Below are positions 26,667-32,000 of a DNA stretch of 32,000 nucleotides, one piece after another. The translations under genes and the position numbers were made by a program. Origin of the DNA: Haloarcula limicola (GTDB taxonomy: Archaea; Halobacteriota; Halobacteria; Halobacteriales; Haloarculaceae); assembly GCF_010119205.1 (NCBI RefSeq), contig NZ_WRXM01000002.1:22982-54981 (forward strand), in the 5' to 3' direction. Position 1 is the first letter of the stretch. Every line of letters begins with the position of its first letter. Below the pieces are notes generated by a model that saw nothing but the letters and a program-made list of their open reading frames with translations, did not search any database and had not been told where the DNA came from.

Positions 26667-27650
26667 TCAGGCCTGACGCTTCCCGCCCAGTCCGGGAATC
26701 GACGTCCGCTCCTCGACGACGTTCATCAGGAGCGACGCCGAGACGACCAGCGCGAGGTAGAAGAGCGCGGCGAGGACGAACAGTTCCGTGTAGCGGAACG
26801 TGTCGTTGGCGATGGACTCGGCCTGGAAGAACAGCTCGCGGACCGTGATGAACGCGGCCAGCGAGGAGTACTTGATGAGGTAGACGAGTTCGTTCGACCA
26901 CCCGGGGATGGCGTAGCGCAGGCCCTGCGGCAGGACGACGTAGCGGATGCCGTCGACCTTCGAGAGGCCGATGGAACGGGCGGCGGTCAGCTGGCCGGCG
27001 TCGACGGATTCGAGCGCCGAGCGGATGTACTCGGCCTGGTAGGCAGCGCTGTTGAGCGTGAAGCCGATGATGGCGACCCAGACGGCGGTCCCCGGTACCA
27101 TGCCGACGCCGATGCCGGGGAGCGTGCGGATGATCTGGGTCAGCGGCAGGCCGAAGTAGAGCACGAACAGCTGTGCGAGCAGCGGCGTGCCGCGGATGAG
27201 CTCGGTGTACGAGAGCGAGAGCCACCGCAGCCCCCGGCCGCCGTAGACGCGCGCGACCGACAGCGGCACGGCCAGCACGAACCCGAAGGCGATGCCGGCG
27301 ACGGTGAGGACGATCGTGAGCCACGCGCCGCGGGCCAGCGGCGGGAGCGAGGGAATCGCCCCGGCGACGAACGAGAGGACGCCCGCGAGCGCGTCGAGCG
27401 GCGCGCCGACCACGCCCAGCGAGGCCGCGACCGCCGCGACCGACTCCGCCGCCGAGGCGAACGGCGCGACCGGAACGAACGACCGGTCGCTCGGGAACGC
27501 CAGCGAGTTCGGCAACAGGAAGTCGTTGGTCCAGCGGATCAGCAGCCAGCCCCAGAACACCGCGAGTCCGGCGAGTGCCCACGGCCGGTCGACGTCGACG
27601 TCGGCCGTCGTCCGCACCTCGTCGGCGACGGACGGTTCGCCGGTGCTCAT
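26667..27650 (-). CDS. Polar amino-acid ABC transporter permease
   Basis: LRWLSLSYTELIRGTPLLAQLFVLYFGLP; NSAAYQAEYIRSALESVDAGQLTAARSIGLSKVDGIRYVVLPQGLRYAIPGWSNE. Confidence 0.93.
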   Translation of the reverse strand: MSTGEPSVADEVRTTADVDVDRPWALAGLAVFWGWLLIRWTNDFLLPNSLAFPSDRSFVPVAPFASAAESVAAVAASLGVVGAPLDALAGVLSFVAGAIPSLPPLARGAWLTIVLTVAGIAFGFVLAVPLSVARVYGGRGLRWLSLSYTELIRGTPLLAQLFVLYFGLPLTQIIRTLPGIGVGMVPGTAVWVAIIGFTLNSAAYQAEYIRSALESVDAGQLTAARSIGLSKVDGIRYVVLPQGLRYAIPGWSNELVYLIKYSSLAAFITVRELFFQAESIANDTFRYTELFVLAALFYLALVVSASLLMNVVEERTSIPGLGGKRQA

Positions 27651-28390
27651 TCCGGTGCCCTCGACTGGAGACCCGCGAGGAACTCCTCGGTCCGGTCGTG
27701 TTCCGGCCGCTGGAACAGCTGCTCGGGCGGTCCCGACTCGACGACGCGCCCGTCGTCCAGGAAGTGGACGTCGTCGGCCGCCGAGCGGACGAACCCCATC
27801 TCGTGGCTGACGACGAGCATCGTCGTCCCGCGCTCGGCGAGGTCGCGCATCACCTCGACGACTTCGCCGACGAGCTCGGGGTCGAGCGCGCTGGTCGGCT
27901 CGTCGAACAGCATCAGCTTCGGCTCCATCGCCAGCGCCCGGGCGATGCCGACGCGCTGTTGCTGACCGCCGGAGAGTTCGGCGGGATAGGAGTCGGCCTG
28001 ATTCGCCAGCCCGACCTGCCGAAGGTGGTCGGCGGCCCGCTCGTTCGCCTCGTCGGCGTCCATCCCGCGGACGCGTTTCAGCCCGAGCGTGACGTTCTCC
28101 AGGGCGGTGAGATGCGCGAAGAGGTTGAAGTCCTGGAACACCATCCCGACCTCCTGTCGGAGCGCGTTGACGTCCGTGTCGGGCGCGGTGACGTGGGTCT
28201 CGTTGAGCCAGATGTCGCCGTCGTCGACCTCGGTCAGTCGGTTAATGCAGCGCAGCATCGTCGACTTCCCGCTCCCGCTCGGGCCGACGAGGACGTCCAC
28301 GTCGCCGCGGTCCATCTCGAAGCTGACGCCGTTCAGTACCTCCTCGTCGCCGTAGGACTTGTCGACGTCCTCGACTCGTAGCAGTGTCAT
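27647..28390 (-). CDS. Polar amino-acid ABC transporter ATP-binding protein (GlnQ-like)
   Basis: GPSGSGKST, ELSGGQQQRVGIARAL, LMLFDEPTSALDPELV. Confidence 0.95.
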   Translation of the reverse strand: MTLLRVEDVDKSYGDEEVLNGVSFEMDRGDVDVLVGPSGSGKSTMLRCINRLTEVDDGDIWLNETHVTAPDTDVNALRQEVGMVFQDFNLFAHLTALENVTLGLKRVRGMDADEANERAADHLRQVGLANQADSYPAELSGGQQQRVGIARALAMEPKLMLFDEPTSALDPELVGEVVEVMRDLAERGTTMLVVSHEMGFVRSAADDVHFLDDGRVVESGPPEQLFQRPEHDRTEEFLAGLQSRAPE

Positions 28391-29061
28391 GTGTTCTCAC
28401 CCGACGGAATCGCGTAGTACTCGCTCAGCCGGTCCAGCCCGCGGTTGGTCGCGAACGTGAGCACGAAGTAGATGGCGCTGATGACCAGGAAGACCTCCAG
28501 AACCGCCGTCGAGCGCCCGCTCTGGGTGAAGAGGTCGTAGCCGCGCGTCAGCAGCTCCGCGAGGCCGATGGCGAAGGCGATGCTAGTGTCCTTCAGGACG
28601 ATGGTGAACTCGTTCTGGAACCCGGGCATGCTCCGGCGCAGGGCCTGCGGGACGACGACGTGGCGGATGCCGCCGAGCCGGCTCATCCCGATCGAGCGGG
28701 CGGCCTCCATCTGCCCGTCGTCGACGCTCTGGAGCGCGCCGCGGAAGATCTGGGACTGATAGGCCGCGCTGCGCAGCCCCAGTCCGACCGCCGCGGTGAC
28801 GAACGCCGACTTGGAGATGGAGACGACGAAGAAGAGCACGAGCATGATGACGACGATCGGCGTCCCGCGGAGGACGACGCCGGTCAGGCTCACCAACCGC
28901 TTGCCGATGCCGTCGCCGTACACCTCGATCGCGCCGGCGGGGAAGCCGACCAACAGGCCGAGCAACAGGCTGGCGATCGTCAGCCCGACCGTGACGGCCG
29001 CCCCCGAGAGCAGGTAGTCGAGGTTGTTCAGGACGAACGTCCAGTCGCCTGTCTGAAGCAT
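28387..29061 (-). CDS. Polar amino-acid ABC transporter permease
   Basis: VVLRGTPIVVIMLVLFF; RSAAYQSQIFRGALQSVDDGQMEAARSIGMSRLGGIRHVVVPQALRRSMPGFQNE. Confidence 0.93.
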   Translation of the reverse strand: MLQTGDWTFVLNNLDYLLSGAAVTVGLTIASLLLGLLVGFPAGAIEVYGDGIGKRLVSLTGVVLRGTPIVVIMLVLFFVVSISKSAFVTAAVGLGLRSAAYQSQIFRGALQSVDDGQMEAARSIGMSRLGGIRHVVVPQALRRSMPGFQNEFTIVLKDTSIAFAIGLAELLTRGYDLFTQSGRSTAVLEVFLVISAIYFVLTFATNRGLDRLSEYYAIPSGENT

Positions 29062-29065
29062 CGCT

Positions 29066-29893
29066 CTACTCGCCGAACCACTTCTGGGTCAGTTCCTCGT
29101 ACCGCCCGCTCTCCCGGACCGCCGAGAGCCCCGAGTTGAGCGCGCTCGTCAGTTCGTCGTCGTCCGTGCGGACGCCGAAGCCGAACTTCTCGCCGGTCTC
29201 GTAGACGAACGCTATCTCGACGGGGCGGTTCTTCGCGAACGTCTCGGCGACGGGGACGTCGATGACGACGGCGTCGACGTTGCCGTTCTGGAGGTCCTGA
29301 ATCGCCAGCACGTAGTTGTCGTAGGCGTTGTACTGGTTCTGGGTGATCTCGTCGCCGACGAGTTCGTCCTGGACGACGCCCTCCCCGGTGGTGCCCTTCT
29401 GCGCGCCGATGGGGCGGTCCGCCAGGTCCGAGAGGCTCCCCGGCGAGAAGTCGCCGTCCTCGCGGACGACGATGGCCTGGTCCGAGGAGTAGTAGGGGTC
29501 CGTGAAGTCGATGGTCTCGTCGCGCTTCTCGTTGATGGTCATCCCGGCCGCGATGGCGTCGATGTTGTTGTTGGTGAGCGCCGGGATGAGCGAGTCGAAC
29601 TCGAACTCCGACCAGCCGTCGAACTGATACTCCGTCTCGGAGACGACGGCCTCGAAGAGGTCGATGTCGAAGCCGACCAGTTCGCCGCCCTCCTTCATCT
29701 CGAAGGGCGGGAACCCGGGTGCGGTACCGGCCGTGATGCTCGGTGCCTGCTCGGTGCCGGTGGACCCGCTCCCACCGCCGCCGTCGCCGCTTCCGCTACC
29801 GCCGTCACCCATGCAACCGGCGACCGAGAGCGTCACCGCCGCGCCGCCGACGGACGTGAGGTACTGCCGACGCGAGAGACTTCGATCTGACAT
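29066..29893 (-). CDS. Polar amino-acid ABC transporter substrate-binding lipoprotein
   Basis: AATLSVAGCMGDGG lipobox; GFPPFEMKEGGELVGFDIDLFEAV; QIGAQKGTTGE-like PIGAQKGTTGEGVV. Confidence 0.93.
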   Translation of the reverse strand: MSDRSLSRRQYLTSVGGAAVTLSVAGCMGDGGSGSGDGGGGSGSTGTEQAPSITAGTAPGFPPFEMKEGGELVGFDIDLFEAVVSETEYQFDGWSEFEFDSLIPALTNNNIDAIAAGMTINEKRDETIDFTDPYYSSDQAIVVREDGDFSPGSLSDLADRPIGAQKGTTGEGVVQDELVGDEITQNQYNAYDNYVLAIQDLQNGNVDAVVIDVPVAETFAKNRPVEIAFVYETGEKFGFGVRTDDDELTSALNSGLSAVRESGRYEELTQKWFGE

Positions 29894-29977
29894 ACCCGGT
29901 AAAACAACGTAGCTGGGGATTAGTGTTACGAACGGGTACTACGGGCGTTGTACGTTTCGGGGGCGAGCGCCGCCCGC

Positions 29978-30487
29978 TCAGTCGGAGCTCGGACTCGGGT
30001 CCGTCTCGGCGGCCGACTCGCTCGTCCGGGCGTCAGAGCGGGTCTCGGCGTCCGCCGCGGTGCCGTCGTAGGCCCACGCGGTCGCCGCGACGAGCGCCAC
30101 CAGAATCGCCAGCGCGGCGGCGTGGTGCAGCACCTGCGCGGCCGCCCCGAAGTTGACGATGGTGTTCGCCCCCAGCAGTATCTGGATCGGGAGGACGACG
30201 GTGGCGACGGCCGTCGCGTACTTGATTCGAGACGAGTAACCGCCGCGCCAGGCGGCGTACGTCGACCCGAGGATGGCGAAGCCGGTGATCATGGCGACCA
30301 GCCGGTGGAACCACTCGACGAAGCTCGCCCAGTTGGCGGGAAACAGTCCCAGCCAGCCGTCACACAGCGGCCAGCGTCCGTTGCAGGTCAGACCCGCGCC
30401 GATGGCACCGGTGTAGACGCCCAGCAGGATGAGCGCGAAGGTCAGCGCCGTCGTCACCGCGAGTAGCCGACGGAAGCGGTCGGTCAT
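29978..30487 (-). CDS. COX15/CtaA-family heme A synthase-like membrane protein
   Basis: Multi-helix protein; GAGLTCNGRWPLCDG, EWFHRLVAMITG, QILLGANTIV, VLHHAAALAI. Confidence 0.85.
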   Translation of the reverse strand: MTDRFRRLLAVTTALTFALILLGVYTGAIGAGLTCNGRWPLCDGWLGLFPANWASFVEWFHRLVAMITGFAILGSTYAAWRGGYSSRIKYATAVATVVLPIQILLGANTIVNFGAAAQVLHHAAALAILVALVAATAWAYDGTAADAETRSDARTSESAAETDPSPSSD

Positions 30488-30616
30488 GTTCGAGTCTTCG
30501 TGCGCTCGTACTTATCCCCTTCTTTGAGCGGTCGGCAGAGCCGGTGGTCCGATTATTAATTGTGGTATTTTGGAGCGTACGCTTTTTACACTCCGTGAGA
30601 GGGTCTCGGCCATCAT

Positions 30617-32000
30617 GTTCCCCAGAGACCTGGCCTCGTTGTTCGGAGACGACGATGAATCGAACGACAGTAAACGGGTAGAGACCGACGGCGGTCAGAC
30701 GACGGCGGTTACCACAGGGGTACCGGGGGACGGCCACGATCGGAACCCGGACACCGAGGCGATCGTCGGCGATGCGTTCGACCAGTTACGGGACGAACTC
30801 GACGAGGAGACACACGAGACCATCGCGGCGGTCGAGCGCGAGCTGCGGGCCGAACTGGCGACGGCGGGTGCCGGCGATCGAGCGACCGAGGTCGCAGCAG
30901 AGACGGCTTCCGCGGCGGCGGCCGACGACCCGCCGATAGATTTCCACGACGTTCTCCATCACGTCGGCACGCCGCTGTTCATCCTCGACGCGGACGGCGA
31001 GATCGTGACGTGGAACCGCTCGCTGACCGCGCTCACCGGGGTCGGAGAGGACGACGCCAAGTCGATGGAGATGGCCAGCATGGCGTTCTATCCGGATAGC
31101 CGCCGCGGGAAGACGCTCGCCGACAAGGTGCTCGACGCGCCCGAGCGGACCCACCTCGAGTACGACGTGCCGAAAGTCGAGGACGCGGAGTTCACGCTGT
31201 ACCGGGACACGAGCGTCATGCAGGACCAGCACGGCGAGGAGCGGCACATCTCCTTCAGCGCGGCGCCGCTGTACGCCGACGGCGAGGTCGTCGCCGTCGT
31301 GGAGATGGTTCAGGACCGGACCGACGACGCCCGTCGGCACGAGGCGGTGTCCGACCTCGTCGGGGAGCTCGAAGCCACGATGACCGCGATGGGACGGGGG
31401 AACCTCGGCGCTCGCGCGTCGTTCGACGACGAGGAGGGGAGAGAGTACGTCGACGACGCGCTGTTGGACGTCGTCGACGCGCTCAACGAGATGGCCGACC
31501 AGTTCGACCGCCTGACCGGACAGGTCGACACGCAGACGGCGAACCTCGCGAGTGCCATCGACCAGACGGCGTCGGCCGCTCGAACCGTCGAGCGACAGGT
31601 CGCCGAACAGGCCGACGCGCTGGACACGGCCGCCGACAACGTGCAGAACGTCAGCGCCGGGATGCAGCAGGTCGCCGCCACGTCGAGCGAGGTCGCCAGC
31701 GCGGCGGAGCGCGCGCTCGCCGCGGCCGAGGACGGGGCCGACGCCAGCGAGGCGGTCCACGAGGTGACCGACGGTCTCACCGAGACGAGCGAGTCGCTCG
31801 TCGACAGCGTCACCGACCTCGAATCGCGGATGGACGGGGTCAGCGATGTGGCGGAGGTCATCGCCGACGTCGCGGAGCAGACGAACATGCTCGCGCTGAA
31901 CGCCAATATCGAAGCCGCCCGGGCGGGCGAGAGCGGGAGCGGGTTCGCCGTCGTCGCCGACGAGGTGAAGACGCTGGCGAACGAGACGAGCGACCACGCC
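30617..32000 (+). CDS. Soluble methyl-accepting transducer with PAS domain (partial, runs off right edge)
   Basis: Manual translation [20 protein letters not shown]...; PAS-like [28 protein letters not shown]; signalling hairpin [47 protein letters not shown]. No N-terminal transmembrane segment. Confidence 0.92.

Noticed and set aside
25843-27582. 579-aa minus-strand ORF opposite rfcL and the permease gene
   Set aside because: Arg/Pro/Ala/Gly-rich low-complexity translation antisense to two strongly supported genes; a high-GC artefact.
27575-29139. Long plus-strand ORFs opposite the ABC transporter genes
   Set aside because: Antisense shadow ORFs; the minus strand has clear ABC ATPase and permease motifs.
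29948-30466. 172-aa plus ORF opposite the COX15-like gene
   Set aside because: Basic low-complexity antisense translation; the opposite strand has a coherent membrane protein.
30786-31997. 403-aa minus ORF opposite the transducer
   Set aside because: Antisense to a clear methyl-accepting domain on the plus strand.
1-32000. tRNA or rRNA genes
   Set aside because: No convincing T-loop/cloverleaf or rRNA stretch found by eye; a tRNAscan run would be decisive.

Overview
Haloarchaeal DNA (acidic proteins, high GC, RfcL, halobacterial-style transducer). About 1-25.07 kb is lower-GC accessory DNA ending at a tyrosine integrase and a small co-translated partner. About 25.13-32 kb is ordinary high-GC chromosome: rfcL, a polar amino-acid ABC transporter, a COX15/CtaA-like protein and a soluble methyl-accepting transducer. 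The main observation is a candidate archaeal 7-deazaguanine DNA modification/defence island. It has a large DpdA-like guanine transglycosylase (14845-17064) coupled to a DUF6884-like protein, and a second, short TGT-fold protein (12695-13762) in an overlapping operon with a winged-helix protein and an AAA ATPase. It also has an accessory queD interrupted by one extra A in an A5 run, and a coupled pair of a Cas4-like Fe-S nuclease and a possible glycosylase-fold protein. Next to it are a UvrD helicase fused to an Fe-S PD-(D/E)XK nuclease and a MORC-like GHKL ATPase facing a GIY-YIG nuclease. The ORF track misses the 5' end of a D12-class adenine methylase at the left edge, several tiny overlapping ORFs, and the second half of queD. 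All family assignments come from motifs read by eye; no database search was run.
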